Positions 40,721 through 55,122 of a stretch of DNA of 64,000 nucleotides are shown one piece after another. The notes beneath the pieces were generated by a model. That model was given only the letters and a program-made list of their open reading frames with translations, was not told the DNA's origin and made no database searches. The translations under genes and the position numbers were made by a program. Source of the stretch: Octopus vulgaris (Eukaryota). Within the stretch, counting starts at the first letter, position 1. Each line of letters begins with the position of its first letter. Location: NCBI GenBank assembly GCA_951406725.2, contig OX597828.1, positions 15,686,001 to 15,750,000 on the forward strand, read 5' to 3'.

Positions 40721-40933
40721 ATTTGTATATATAACACCCAACACATGCTGGACTTCCACACGTTGATTTTTGAACTATGAGCGTGCGGTTGTTCAATGAA
40801 CTTGCCAACTAATTCACTGAATTTGTGTGTGTGGTGGTCGAGTATTCCACAGACACATGTGTCTTCAACCCACTGCTCGATCGAATCAGCGTGATATAAG
40901 GAGTGACATGGCTTGACCTTTGGATCCGTCGAC

Positions 40934-40977
<44 letters not shown>

Positions 40978-40978
<1 letters not shown>

Positions 40979-41200
40979 TACTCTTTTACTCTTTTATTTG
41001 TTTCAGTCATTTGACTGCGGCCATGCTGGAGCACCGCCTTTAATCGAGCAACTCGACCCCAGGACTTATTCTTTGTAAGCCCAGTACTTATTCTATCGGT
41101 CTCTTTTGCCGAACCGCTAAGTGACTTGGACGTAAACACACCAGCATCGGTTGTCAAGCAATGCTAGGGGGACAAACACAGACACACAAACACAGACACA

Positions 41201-41250
<50 letters not shown>

Positions 41251-41425
41251 TATACATATATACGACGGGTTTCTTTCAGTTTCCGTCTACCAAATCCACT
41301 CACAAGGCATTGGTCGGCCCGGGGCTATAGCAGAAGACACTTGCCCAAGATGTCACACAGTGGAACTGAACCCGGAACCATGTGGTTGGTTAGCAAGCTA
41401 CTTACCACACAGCCACTCCTGCGCC
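40978..41425 (-). mobile_element. SINE-A, full length
   Basis: Complete head to tail. Confidence 0.92.
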
Positions 41426-41639
41426 TATATATTGTATATATATATATACAATTTCTGCTCACAGAATTTTTTTCAAAAAGTGCAGGTTATTCAGAGGCTG
41501 CCACGGTCTGAGATAAAGCCAGGAAGTCATGCCGACAAAGCAGGTTTCTTAATCATTCAGCCACATGCACGCGCATATATATATTGCCCCAGCATGGTCG
41601 CTGTCCCAAGACTGAGACAGGTTGTATCTATATTACATG

Positions 41640-41713
41640 TAGGGCAAGTTTCTTCTAGTATAGACTCGAGCTGAGTGAGTGGATTTGCGAGACGGAAACT
41701 GAAAGAAGCACGT

Positions 41714-41770
<57 letters not shown>

Positions 41771-42003
41771 GCGTGTGTGTCTTTATGTTTGTGTTTATCC
41801 CCCACTACCGCTTGACAACCGATTTTGGTTTGTTCATATACCCGTAACTTTGTAGTTCGGCAAAAGCGACAGATAGAGCAAGTACCGGGTTTCAAAAAAA
41901 AAAAAAAAACCTACTGGGGTCGATTCGTTCAACTAAAATTCCTCTAGGTGGTGCTCCTGCATGGCCGCTGTCTAACGACTGAAACAAATAAAAGATAAAA
42001 GAT
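41640..42003 (+). mobile_element. SINE-A, older, 5' truncated
   Basis: Body and tail recognisable. Confidence 0.75.
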
Positions 42004-42229
42004 AGCACACGCGCACGCGCGCGCACACACACACATTTATTAAAGCTGCAAAATCTTCACAAGCCTATTGCCCTGAGTTTCACGTTCACGTTCGTCAGAC
42101 AATTGTGATGGCTATGTTTGTGTGTGTGTTTGTGTGTGTGCGCGTGTATACGCATATGCATATATATATACACATATATATATGTTTATATATATGTATG
42201 TATAGATTTAAATATGTGCATATATATAT

Positions 42230-42256
42230 ATAATAATAATGAAAATAATAATAATA

Positions 42257-42287
<31 letters not shown>

Positions 42288-42395
42288 TGATAATAATAAT
42301 AATAGTAATAATAATAATGATAATAATAATAATAGTAATAATAATAAATGATAATAATAATAATAGTAATAATGATAATAATAATGATGATAATA

Positions 42396-42427
<32 letters not shown>

Positions 42428-42559
42428 GATAATAATGATAATAATAATAATAATGATAATAATAATAATAATAATAGTAATAATAATAATAATAATATAA
42501 TAATGATAATAATAATAATAGTAATAATAATAATAATAATAATAATGATAATAATAATA

Positions 42560-42608
<49 letters not shown>

Positions 42609-42619
42609 TAAAAATAATG

Positions 42620-42672
<53 letters not shown>
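42230..42672. repeat. Long imperfect (AAT)n microsatellite
   Basis: Direct inspection. Confidence 0.98.
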
Positions 42673-42824
42673 CCTATATATGATATAGGCCAAACATGTC
42701 TTTGTCGTAAGAGCTCTCTCATTACATCTGTATAGTTCCGTATTGTTTTCCCATAGAGTGGTACTCTTAAGTTGAAAATATGTGGACAGATCCTGTCACA
42801 AATGATCATGATGCGTAATTTGTT

Positions 42825-42855
<31 letters not shown>

Positions 42856-42924
42856 TTGTCTATCTACAGAGGTACACACACACACAGATACAGACACATA
42901 CACACAGATACAGACACACACACA

Positions 42925-42964
<40 letters not shown>

Positions 42965-43310
42965 CATAAATTTGTATATATGCATATGTGTATATATATG
43001 TATACACGTATATAATTATACATACATATATACATATCTATGTATATACACACTCACACATACACACACACACACACCCACACCCACGCACATACACACA
43101 TGTACATGTATTAATTTTCGCTTTTACATCAAATTACATATAAAAGCAATCGGACGTTAAACTGAAGGATTACTGAAAACTGACAATATTATGAGAATTT
43201 AATACACCATTCATCACTAAAAGCAGATTACGTATTTAAGTATTACAAGGATAAAATTGCCAGTGACTTCGAAGTTTCGGCTTACTTGCCCTTCAGAAAC
43301 TATACTTCTC

Positions 43311-43739
43311 GGCGGCGAGCTGGCAGAACCGTTAGCACGCCGGGCGAAATGCGTAGCCGTATTTCGTCTGCCCTTACGTTCTGAGTTCAAATTCCGCCGA
43401 GGTCGACTTTGCCCTTCATCCTTTCGGGGTCGATAAATTAAGTATCAGTTACGCACTGGGGTCGTTGTAATCTACTTAATCCCTTTGTCTGTCCTTGTTT
43501 GTCTTCTCTGTGTTTAGCCCCTTGTGGGTAGTAAAGAAAGAGGTATTTCGTCTGCCGCTACGTTCTGAGTTCAAATTCCGCCAAGGTCGACTTTGCCTTT
43601 CATCCTTTCGGGGTAGATAAATTAAGTACCAGTTACGCACTGGGGTCGATGTAATCGACTTAATCCCTTCGTCTGTCCTTGTTTGTCCCCTCTATGTTTA
43701 GCCCCTTGTGGGCAATAAAGAAATAAGAAATAAGAAATA
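43311..43739 (+). mobile_element. SINE-B dimer with target-site duplication
   Basis: tRNA-like head (B box GAGTTCAAATTCC), two bodies at a period of about 184 bp and an (AAGAAAT)n tail; TSD agaa(a/g)ctatacttctc at 43295-43310 and 43740-43755. Confidence 0.93.
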
Positions 43740-44077
43740 AGAAGCTATACTTCTCTTTAATAAATTTCAGTTAATCAGGTGTTCCACGATCAATTATTAA
43801 CCTTATAGTTCTTCGTTTAATTCCTGATACATCTAATTCTTACTTTAATTCCCTGTGAATGAAACCGGGTGGAAGTGAATGGTTTTCGGATGTCCATTAT
43901 ATAGAAGACGAACTCGTAATTTTCCCCATAACCAACCAGATATGTTTACTACGGTCGATTTAATATTCCGTCCAAGATGTGAAGAGAATTATAATTGACA
44001 GGAAATGGATCTTCTATGAGATAAGCTTCTAGGGTTTTGATACTACAGTTTATCTGGGGCTAAAAGTTAACACCAAT

Positions 44078-44166
<89 letters not shown>

Positions 44167-44186
44167 ACACTACACCCACCCACATA

Positions 44187-44247
<61 letters not shown>

Positions 44248-44307
44248 ATACTGCATATTACCGAGTTACGTCTCTTTCGACTTACTTTTTATTTTATTTT
44301 ATTTTAT

Positions 44308-44676
44308 TTTTTACTTGTTTCAGTCATTTGACTGTGGCCATGCTGGAGCACCACCTTTTAGTTGAGCAAATCGACCACAGGACTTATTCTATCGGTCTCT
44401 TTTTGCCGAACCGCTAAGTAACGGGGACATAAACACACCGGCATCGGTTGTCAAGCAATGCTAGGGGGACAAACACGCACACACACATATATATATACAT
44501 ATATACATATATACGACGGGCTTCTTTCAGTTTCCGTCTACCAAATCCACTCACAAGGCTTTGGTCGGCCCGAGGCTATAGTAGAAGACACTTACTCAAG
44601 GTGCCACGCAGTGGGAATGAACCCGGTACCATGTGGTTGGTAAGCAAGCTACTTACCACACAGCCACTCCTACGCC
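44308..44676 (-). mobile_element. SINE-A
   Basis: Complete head with a small internal deletion. Confidence 0.9.
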
Positions 44677-44974
44677 TTAACAAGGTATTTTAAATAAATT
44701 TATGGAAAAATAAACATCAACTTCAGTTGATTTACTCAAGTTTACAAACACATTTAAAGTCGTAAATATCAAAAACAAAAAAAAAAACCAACTTTAATAA
44801 GGAATGCTGAAGTGGAAAATCAAATAAAATTCTCGTGAAATATGTACAAATTATTTATTGAAACAAATATAAGTTAATAAATATTTTCAAATGTTTTTCG
44901 TGTTACGTTGTTTTTCGTGTTAAGTTGCATAACTTGGAACCAGTTACCGACATAAGTTGAGGTCTGTCTGTTTG

Positions 44975-45059
<85 letters not shown>

Positions 45060-45203
45060 TGTTTATACGGACAGCCTTCGACTCCTTTCTATGCTAGTGG
45101 TTTTTATTTTTTGACTCAATACTCTACACGCTATTATTTATAGCGTTATCTCCTTCGAGTCCCACCATTAAAAGCGATCTATAACGTATCTTTTGAAGCT
45201 TCT

Positions 45204-45628
45204 GGAGGCGCAATGGCCCAGTGGTTAGGGCAGCGGACTCGCGGTCGTTGGATCGCGGTTTCGATTCCCAGACCGGGCGTTGTGAGTGTTTATTGAGCGA
45301 AAACACCTAAAGCTCCACGAGGCTCCGGCAGGGGATGGTGGTGATCCCTGTTGTACTCTTTTACCACAACTTTCTCTCACTCTTACTTCCTGTTTCTGTT
45401 GTACCTGTATTTCAAAGGGCCGGCCTTGTCACTCTCTGTGTCACGCTGAATATCCCCGAGAACTACGTTAAGGGTACACGTGTCTGTGGGGTGCTCAGCT
45501 ACTTACACGTTAATTTCACGAGCAGTCTGTTCGGTGCTCAGCTACTTACACGTTAATTTCACGAGCAGTCTGTTCCGTTGATCGGATCAACCGGAACCCT
45601 CGTCGTCGTAACCGACGGAGTGCTTCCA
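45204..45628 (+). mobile_element. SINE-C, full length with a 13-bp TSD
   Basis: tRNA-like head TGGCCCAGTGG ... GTTTCGATTCC; TSD TTTTGAAGCTTCT at 45191-45203 and 45629-45641; internal 43-bp duplication 45490-45532 / 45533-45575. Confidence 0.92.
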
Positions 45629-45995
45629 TTTTGAAGCTTCTAAACAAAAAAAAAAAAAAAATTTTTAAATCCTATAATGCAAACCGCAATTCTCGTTGGT
45701 AAGAATGAAGGTTCAAAAATGGATAGCGAAAATTCGAAGTATTTCGAGATGGTCATTATTTTTTTAACCAAATTCGAAGTGTTGCTTTGTATAATGATAA
45801 TACATCGGTCATGAGCACAGAACATTTGGGTTCGTATCCCACAAGCAGATCTCGACTTTGTTTTTAACCCAATATTCTACATGCTATTATTTATAGCTTT
45901 ATCTACTTCGAGTTCCACCGCTAAGGATATGTGTGTGTGCGTTTGTATGTTTGCGCGTATGTGTGCGTGCGTGTGTGTATATGTATATATGTGTG

Positions 45996-46031
<36 letters not shown>

Positions 46032-46392
46032 TCACAGATATCTCAAAACTAAATAAACCACCCTCGTTATGCATATATGTATCTATAGTATCGAGCTGGC
46101 GGAATCGTTAACACGCCGGACAATATGCTTAGCAACATTTCGGCCGTCTTTACCTCCAGAGTTCGAATGCCACCACGGTCGACATTGCGTTTCATCTATT
46201 TTGGGATCGATGAAATAAGTACCTGTTGCGCACTTGGGTCGATCTAATCGACTAGCTCCATCACCCAAAATATTAGACCTTAGGATTATGTACGAGTACG
46301 AGATATATGTATATTGTTGTTTTTGGAGGTGGTCATTCTTTTCACGGTCACTGTATATAAGTTAAAATGAAAGGTCCATCTCTAAATATACT

Positions 46393-46771
46393 TTTCTACT
46401 CTAGGCACAAGGCCCAAAATTTTTGGGGAGGGGGCCAGTCGATTAGATCGACCCAATACGCAACTAGTACTTGATTTAATCGACCCCGAAAGGGGGAAAG
46501 GCAAACTCGACCTCAGAACGTAGCGGCAGACGAAATACCTATTTCTTTACTACCCACAAGGGGCTAAGCACAGAGAGGACAAACAAGGACAGACAAACGG
46601 ATTAAGTCGATTATATCGACCCCAGTGCATAACTGGTACTTATTTAATCGATCCTGAAAGGATGAAAGGCAAAGTCGACCTCGGCAGAATTTGAACTCAG
46701 AACGTAAAGGCAGACGAAATACGGCTGCGCATTTCGGCCGGCGTGCTAACGTTTCTGCCAGCTCGCCGCCT
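46393..46771 (-). mobile_element. SINE-B dimer, second unit with the alternative tail
   Basis: Junction gaaatacctatttctttactacccac as in the other dimers. Confidence 0.88.
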
Positions 46772-46880
46772 TTCCACACCTAAATATAAAAATATCCATT
46801 TCAACATATGATCTCACATCGCGAATCGCGCGCGCGCGTATGTGTGTGTGTGTGTGTATGCACACATCTTTGTATTTAAG

Positions 46881-46918
<38 letters not shown>

Positions 46919-47013
46919 TCACACATATCTGTGTTTAATAGATACATAGTATATATACGCGCGTGTATGAGTCTATACATATATGAATGTATGTACAGAT
47001 ATATACACGCGCG

Positions 47014-47055
<42 letters not shown>

Positions 47056-47189
47056 TGTATGTATAGAAGTATATACATAGTACTTTTTGTATGTGAAGGT
47101 ATACGTGTTTAACCGTTTGCGATAGACACGCGCTCCACCTCTCTCTTACACACACACACACACAAACAAACACAAACAAACACTATCTC

Positions 47190-47600
47190 TTTCTCTTTAT
47201 CTCTTTTACCTCTTTTACTTGTTTCAGTCATTTGACTGCGGCCATGCTGGAGCACCGCCTCTAGTCGAGCAAATCGATCCCGGGACTTATTCTTTGTAAG
47301 CCCAGTACTTATTCTATCGATCTCTTTTGCCGAACCGCTAAGTGACGGGGACGTAAACACACCAGCATCGGTTGTCAAGCGATGTTGGGGTGACAAACAC
47401 AGACACCCAAACACATACATATATACATACATATATACGACAGGCTTCTTTCAGTTTCCGTCTACCAAATCCACTCACAAAGCATTGGTTGGCCCGGGGC
47501 TATAGCAGAAGACACTTGCCCAAGATGCCACGCAGTGGGACTGAACCCTGAACCATGTGGTTGGTAAGCAAGCTACTTACCACACAGCCACTCCTGAGCC
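47190..47600 (-). mobile_element. SINE-A, full length
   Basis: Complete head to tail. Confidence 0.92.
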
Positions 47601-47810
47601 TATATAGTGTTACTCCTATCGCCTACCCGCCTAACTTAAAATGTGTGAGATGAACTTCATCGTATGTTGTCATTTAACCCCAGGTTTAAAATGATCCACA
47701 CAGTCTTTGATCAAACTCGTTCTAGCTTTGATTATTCACTGCTATTTTCAAATAATATATCTGAGACTGTATCCTCTAACGTTCTCCGCTTTTTAACACA
47801 ATGGAATGTA

Positions 47811-48376
47811 TTGGGTTGTCCGGAAAGTTCGTGCCGATTTTTAAAGGAAAGAAAAAGGTCAATAAATACTTGCCATTACATTTTTAATTAACCAAATATG
47901 AACCATTTTGTTGCACAATGCGTCTCCATCTTTCCTTTAACTCGAAAATACCCTCTTCCCAGAATTGAGGTGGTTTCATGGCAAAGAATTCATCAAGGTA
48001 TCTTTTTACGTCATCCAAGGAATTGAAATTTTTACCATTAAGACTATTCTGCAGAGACCTGAATAAGTGGAAATCTGAAGGAGCAATATCTGGTGAATAT
48101 GGAGGGTGGAGTAACACATCCCAGCCGAGCTGCAGCAATTTTTGTCTGATTCCTAAAGCATCAAGTGCCGAAAATGAACTTTCTTATCTTCCATTTTAAA
48201 GGGTTACAGAATTAATACAAGTTATAGGAACATGAACCTTCTTCCACGAAAAGATAGCTTAAACTGTGCTCTAAATGGAGGTGTAGTCAAATCCTATTTC
48301 ATAAACTATACCATGTTCTAAAATAAGTCGAAAAGTAAGCTACTATAAATTGGCACGAACTTTCCGGACAACCCAA
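47811..48376 (-). mobile_element. Internally deleted mariner transposon
   Basis: TIR TTGGGTTGTCCGGAAAGTTCGTGCC(G/A)ATTT at both ends; TA target duplication at 47809-47810 and 48377-48378. Confidence 0.95.
47884..48194 (-). pseudogene. mariner transposase remnant (N-terminus fused to C-terminus)
   Basis: ATG at 48194 gives MEDKKVHFRHLML*, then jumps to QKLLQLGWDVLLHPPYSPDIAPSDFHLFRSLQN...RWRRIVQQNGSY with the mariner YSPD(L/I)AP.D motif. Confidence 0.93.
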
Positions 48377-48871
48377 TATATTGAAGAAAATTTGGTTGCT
48401 CTTTATAACATGTCTGATGGCCACATAGAGGTCTTTTGCCTTGGTTTATTGTATTGTACCTACGCTGTTGATGATGATGATGTTTTGTCCCAGGTCAGTC
48501 TTGGTCGATCAAAATCCTTGATCAATGACACTCCAAACTTGACCACAACCGCGTAGTTATGAAGCTCGTTTTGGAACCACGTGGCTTTGCGATCAGTCCC
48601 ACTGTGCAGCACCTTGGGCAAGCGTCTCCTGTTTTTTAACCCTGGGCCAAACAATGTCCTGTGAGTGAATCTGGAAATTGTATGGAAGCCCGTCCAGCAT
48701 GGCCGCGGCCTTCGGGCTAAAACATTTTTAAGGATTTAAGGATATATATATATAATTAATTCAAAAACGGAGATAAAGAACAGAGAAAAAGACAAACAGA
48801 AAAAAACAACAATGTGAGGACGTAGCACATGCAAAGTATTAATAAGACGCTCGGAGAAGGAAAAGAGTAGT

Positions 48872-48908
48872 TGTTTTAAGTTTCGAGCATAGCTCTTCTT
48901 CGGAAACA
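48872..48908 (-). ncRNA. Minimal hammerhead-like motif in a PLE pseudo-LTR-like fragment (about 48760-48980)
   Basis: Minus strand TGTTT-CcGAAGA-A-GAGC-tat-GCTC-GAAA-ct-TA-AAACA: stems I and II intact, with a U4>C core change. Confidence 0.55.
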
Positions 48909-49949
48909 GGAAAAACAGGAAAGTCCAAAGGGGAAGGAAGAAGGAGAAAAAAACGCCAATCGCCCGCGAAATAGTTACATTTTTGAAGTGACCGGAAGTG
49001 GAAGGACAAAAAGAAAGTACTTTCTGGGATAGGAGACTATGAAGATGGTCGGTATGTGTATGTGTGTGTGTGTGTGTGTGCACGCGCACGCTAGCGTGTG
49101 TATGTATTGTACCGTGTGTGTGTGTGTGTGTGTAGCAAAGACCATATTATCCAACAGTCTTTATTTAAGACTGTAGCATGTGTGTGATGTGACGTAGATT
49201 TGGCTGGTGTTTCTAATACGTCGTTCAACTACTTAGAGGTCTGTTTCTCCTTGGCTCGTTATGCTTTCTGATACCGACCCGCCTGAAACCCCACCCCTTA
49301 GTTTTTATGATGCAGATTCCTTTTGGATAGATTTAAACTAATACCAGCTTAATAATCCTTTCTAACGGATACGCATTTTATTGACCTTCGAAAGAGCGAA
49401 AGGCAAAATTGACTTCGGTGGTGTTTGAACTCAGAGCGTAAAGAGCCAGAAAATTCGCCGTTAAGCACTTTGTCCAACGATTTTGCCAGTTCACCGCCGT
49501 AAACACCAGCCTAATAATAGATTCAAGTTTTGGCTCAACGCCAGCAATTTCGTGTCAGGGGTTTAGTCGATTACATCGATCCCAGAGCTCGACTGGTAGT
49601 GATTTTATCGACCCCGAAAAGGATGAAAGGCAAAGTCGACCTCGGTGTCATTTGAACTCAGTCGGAAGGTATGCCGCTAAGCATTGTATCCGTCGCGGTA
49701 ACGATTCCTCCGGCTCTTTGCCTTATGCACCAGCTTTATTTTACTAAGATCTTCCTTATTTTCAAATTTGATTGAAACATGGGCCAATTATTTAAACAGA
49801 AATGTGATAACAAAAGTGTTAAACAAAAGTTCGCATTTAGAGAGAGAGAGAGAGAGAGAGAGAGCAGACTGATCAACGAACAAGGGCGTTCTACCCATTA
49901 CTATCCTGTTCTTTCTCTCTTCTGCGTTGGGAACGCAAAAGTATTCTTG

Positions 49950-50137
49950 TATTTGTTTCAGTCATTTGACTGCGGCCATGCTGGAGCACCCGCCTTTAGT
50001 CGAATAAATCGACCCCAGGACTTACTCTTTGTAAGCTTGGTACTTATTCTATCGGTCTCTTTTTGCCGAACCGCTAAGTTATGGGGACGTGAACACACTA
50101 ACATCGGTTGTCAAGCGATGGTGAGGGGACAAAACAG

Positions 50138-50178
<41 letters not shown>

Positions 50179-50335
50179 CGGCGGGCTTCTTTCAGTTTCC
50201 GCCTACCAAATCTACTCACAAGGCTTTGGTCGGTCCGAGGCTATAGTAGGAGACACTTACCTGAAGTGCCACGCAATGGGACCGAACCCGGAACCATGTG
50301 GCTGGGAAGCAAGCTACTTACCACACAGCCACTCC
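49950..50335 (-). mobile_element. SINE-A
   Basis: Near full length. Confidence 0.88.
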
Positions 50336-50359
50336 GCATCGTGTTTTTTTTTATTACAG

Positions 50360-50411
<52 letters not shown>

Positions 50412-50426
50412 GTGTGTGTGCGTGCA

Positions 50427-50459
<33 letters not shown>

Positions 50460-50916
50460 CTCGAGGAAGATTTGGCTGCTATTTCTAGCAGATGGAGCAA
50501 CCGCCTAGCGGTTTCTATAACGATGTCTGAGATTAATCAATACGGCTGCGTTGCCAAGGCGGCAAGCTAGCAGAAACGTTTGCACGCCGGGCGAGATGCT
50601 TAGCGGAATTTCGACTTTGTCTTTCATCCTTTCGGGGTCGATTAAATAAGTACCAGTTACGCACTGGGGTCGATCTAATCGGCGGGCCCCTTCCTCAATA
50701 AAAATTTCGGCCTTGTGCCTAAAGTAGAAAAGAATATTGCTGCATTGCTGCTGCTGCTGCTGCTTCTGCTTCTCAGTTCTGATCAAGTCTACCTATGATC
50801 AAAGCGCTCCAACCATGACCATGTACGGCACTTTGGGTACAGTAACTGTGCCTTCTGTTATACTTCAGGCCGCCCAATGCCTTGTGAGTGAATTAGATAG
50901 AAACAGTAGAAGAGTG

Positions 50917-50947
<31 letters not shown>

Positions 50948-51033
50948 CACACACATATATACATCAATATATATGTATGTACATGTATATATGTATGTGT
51001 GCCTTTGTGTTTGCGTATTGCCATCACTACTTG

Positions 51034-51235
51034 ACAGAGAGGACAAACAAGGACAGACAAAGGGATTAAGTCGATTACATCGACCCCAGTGCGTAACTGG
51101 TACTTATTTAATCGACCCCGAAAGGATGAAAGACAAAGTCGACCTCGGCGGAATTTGAACTCAGAACGTGGCGGCAGACGAAATACTGCTAAGCATTTCG
51201 CCCGGCGTGCTAACGTTTCTGCCAGCTCACCACCT
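51034..51235 (-). mobile_element. SINE-B, 3' truncated, abutting a SINE-A relic
   Basis: Close to consensus; joins the preceding relic at cttgacagag. Confidence 0.85.
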
Positions 51236-51619
51236 TTCATTCTTTCGGCATCGATTAACTAAGTGGTAGCCGAGCAATGGAGTCAATGTAATCGACTATT
51301 CCTCTCTCTCTCCACTAAAATTCCAGGTATCGTGCATTTGGTAGAGTTTGAACTCAGAACACAAAAGCTATAATAAATATTGCGAAGAGTTTCGCTCGAT
51401 ACTCTCGCAACTCTGCCAATTTGCTGTAGTCATTGAGTTTCATGTGCAACTGAAAAGGCGAAGTTTGTCATCTCCTTTAACAGCTGCTCTTAAGCTCTCT
51501 AATCATTGATTCAAGTTGCGTACAAACGGCGCCTATGTGTGGAATGTTAAGAGGGAGTGAATCGCAGTAGCATTTATAGGAATAGGAATGTGGGTGTTGT
51601 AATTGTCAAAAGTGACGAA

Positions 51620-52231
51620 GGCGACGAGCTGGCAGAATCGTTAGCAGACCGGGCGAAATACTTAGCAGTATTTCATCTGCCGCTACGTTCTGAGTTCAAA
51701 TTCCGCCGAGGTCGACTTTACCTTTCATCATTTCGGGGTCGATTAAATAAGTACCAGTTACGCACTGGGGTCGATATAATCGACTTAATCCATTTATCTG
51801 TCCTTGTTTGTCCTCTCTTTGTTTAGCCCCTTGTGGGTAGTAAAGAAATAGGTATTTCATCTGCCGCTACGTTCTGAGTTCAAATTCCGCCGAGGTCGAC
51901 TTTGCCTTTCATCCTTTCGAGGGTCGATTAATAAGTACCAGTTACGCACTGGGGTCGATGTAATCGACTCAATCCCTTTGTCTGTCCTTGTTTGTCCCCT
52001 CAATGTTTAACCCCTTGAGGGCAATAAAGAAATAAGAATCGTTAGCACGCCGGGCGATATGCTTAACGGCATTTCGCACGTCGCTACGTTCTGAGTTCAT
52101 CTTCCGCCGAGGTCGACTTTGCCTTTCATCCTTTCGGGGGTCGATTAAATAAATACCAGTTATGCATTGGAGTCGATGTAATCGACTTAATCCCGTCCTC
52201 CAAGCTGCCCTTGGGGCAAAAATTTGAAATC
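51620..52231 (+). mobile_element. SINE-B trimer
   Basis: Units start at about 51620, 51851 and 52035; the last unit has the alternative tail. Confidence 0.9.
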
Positions 52232-52714
52232 ATTGTTAAAAGAGACGGTGGAAATCAGGTTTAAGTAACACCCACGTTACAGAAACATGACGCTCTAAAA
52301 AGATTACCGTAACGCGAAGCCATTTTTCAAACCACTTATTTTCATAACAGACATTAGGTGACCAGAAATCGAAGGGAACATGTATTTTCGCGTTACGGAT
52401 TCTTCTTATGAATTCAGTCATTCCAAAGCGCGGAGGATGCCTGCATACATGCTGTGTGGTTTTTCGAACATGGCAGCTCAGTGTTCACGTGGGAGTGAGC
52501 CTCGTGGGTGGTGGTGGGGTGGCGTAGAGCGAATTTAGAAGTTAACTAGAGGAAATTTGGGGTGTAATTTATTGAAAATCAATAAGGTTACGTTTTGCTG
52601 AACAAAAGAAATATAGAAATGCCGTGAAGTAGCGAAAAAGTATTAGATAAAAAGAAACTTTCAGGATTTCATTTTAAAAAGGAAAAAGAACCCCCAAAAA
52701 ACGTTAGTGTTATA

Positions 52715-53197
52715 GGCTCAGGTGTGGATGTGTGGTGAGGAGTTTGCTACCCAACCACAAGGTGTCGGGTTCAGTCCCACTGCATGGCACCTTGAGCAAG
52801 TATCTTCTACTATAGCCCCTGGCCGACCAAAGCCTTGCGAATGGATTTAGCAGACGGAAACCGAAAGAAGCCCGTCGTTTATATATATATACATATCTTT
52901 TGTGCGTCGTGTCTTTGTGCTCGTGTTTGCCACCCTTTCGCCGCTTGGCAACCGGGGTTGGTTTGTTCACAACCCTATAATTTAGCCGTTCGGCGAAAGA
53001 CACTTATAGAATGTGTATCAGACTTTAAAAAAACAAACAAAACCAAAACCAAAAAAAAAAAAAAAAACTGAAACAAATAACAGACAACGAGACAAAACAA
53101 ACATAAATACTGGGGTAAATTTGTTCAATAATAACCCTTCAAGGTACTGCTTGCTACAGCATGGCCGCAGTATAATGACTCAAGAAAGTAAGAGATA
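52715..53197 (+). mobile_element. SINE-A, older copy
   Basis: Diverged head, body and tail. Confidence 0.8.
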
Positions 53198-53223
53198 GAA
53201 CATAGAAGAAATATGACAGAGTA

Positions 53224-53465
53224 TACTCTTTACTCTCTTTTACTCTTTTACTTGTTTCAGTCATTTGACTGCGGCCATGCTGGAGCACCGCCTTTAGTCG
53301 AGCAAATCGACCCCGGGACTTATTCTTTTGTAAGCCCAGTACTTATTCTATCGGTCTCTTTTGTCGAACCGCTAAGTGACGGGGACGTAAACACACCAGC
53401 ATCGGTTGTCAAGCAATGATAGGGGAACAAACACAGACACACAAACACACACACACATACATATA

Positions 53466-53518
<53 letters not shown>

Positions 53519-53665
53519 GACAGTCTTATTTCAGTTTCCGTCTACCAAATCCACTCACAAGGCATTGGTCGGCCCGGGGCTATAGCAGAAGACACTTGCC
53601 CAAGATGCCACTCAGTGGGACTGAACCCGGAACCATGTGGTTGGTTAGCAAGCTACTTACCACAC
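53224..53665 (-). mobile_element. SINE-A
   Basis: Near full length; tail-to-tail with the previous copy. Confidence 0.9.
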
Positions 53666-53839
53666 ATTCTTTCGTTTATTCAATAGTCATGATATCGTCT
53701 GTTTATGGCAGACGTTGGTTGAGAAACGTCCGTTTGGAACGAAGTATGGCTGACACTGGGAAAACACGGCTTTCGTTGAGAAATTTCCATAACACAAACA
53801 ATGGAGTTATTCACTATATGTTCCTTTTGTTTGCGGTCG

Positions 53840-54247
53840 TTTATTTATTTCAGTCGTTGGACTGCGGCCATGCTGGGGCACCGCATTGGAGATTTTTTTT
53901 TTTTTTTTTTTTTTTAGTAAAATAAATCGATTCTAATGCTTATGTTTTTTTTCCTTTTTCTTTTTCAAGTCTGGTACTTATTCTGTCGGTCTCTTTTGCC
54001 GATCTGCTAAGTTACGGGGACGCAACTAAACCGACACCGGTTGTCAAGCGGTGGAGGAAAAGGAAGACAAACACGAAGACACACACATACATACATGCAT
54101 ATAAATTATATATATATATATATATATCACCGTGACCGACCAGGCTATCAGATGTTGCGACACATCGCTGGTCACAATGCGCTTCGCATTGTTTTAGCCT
54201 TCAAATGATGCCACCTCGCTGGCTAGGCGAGCAGGCCAATATATATG

Positions 54248-54287
<40 letters not shown>

Positions 54288-54543
54288 TGTATACATTACG
54301 CGTACACGTATACACACACGTAGGCACGCACTCACACGCGCGCGCGCACACACACATACACTCACCATGCACACACGACGGGCTTTCACGTAGTTTTTCT
54401 GTCTACTAAATTCACTCACAAAGCATTAAGCGACTTGGGAGCTATAGTAGAAGACATTTGCCCCAGATGCCGCGCTGTGAGACTGATCCCTAAACCACAA
54501 GGTTACAAAGCGAGCTTCTTAACAACACGGCCATGCCTGCGCC
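53840..54543 (-). mobile_element. Older SINE-A carrying a nested 115-bp unit in its spacer
   Basis: Diverged halves flank 54126-54239. Confidence 0.75.
54126..54239 (-). mobile_element. About 115-bp structured unit inserted in (TA)n, copy 1
   Basis: Same sequence and ends as 56356-56475 and 57628-57749. Confidence 0.8.
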
Positions 54544-55083
54544 TAAGACAAAAAAAAATCATTTAAGTTAGTCGAAGTTTCCAGTTCAGATCAAAATGAT
54601 CTGTGACAATATTTCATCACGTTTAGGGGTCGATAAAATACCTGTCAGTGTAGTGGTAATCTATCTAATTGATTAAAGAATTTCGTTCAAATGTGTGGCT
54701 CTGGGTCAGTAATAAGCGAAATTAATACACAGCATAGAGTCATTTACTTATTGATATAATGTTTAATATTATGTATTAATGTATAATATCTGTTTGAAAC
54801 TCGCTCCAAATTTCTCGCTTCCAAAATTTTTTTCAGGTGTCTTCCCTTCCCTTGGTGTTTCTACTCCAGTCTGTCTGTTTCTCACTTTCTCTTTATATAC
54901 ACTCATACACACACATACACACGTATATATGTATATATAGCTGGCAGAAACGTCAGCAAGCCAGGCGAAATGCCTAGCGGTATTTCGTCTGTCTTTACAT
55001 TCTGAGTTCAAATTCCGCCGAGGCCGACTTTGCCTTTCATCTTTTCGGGGTCGATAAATTAAGTACCAGTTGTATACTGGGGG

Positions 55084-55122
<39 letters not shown>

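Noticed and set aside
45204-45280. tRNA gene
   Set aside because: A/B boxes are present, but there is no proper acceptor stem and it continues into a SINE body bounded by a TSD; the parental tRNA could not be assigned.
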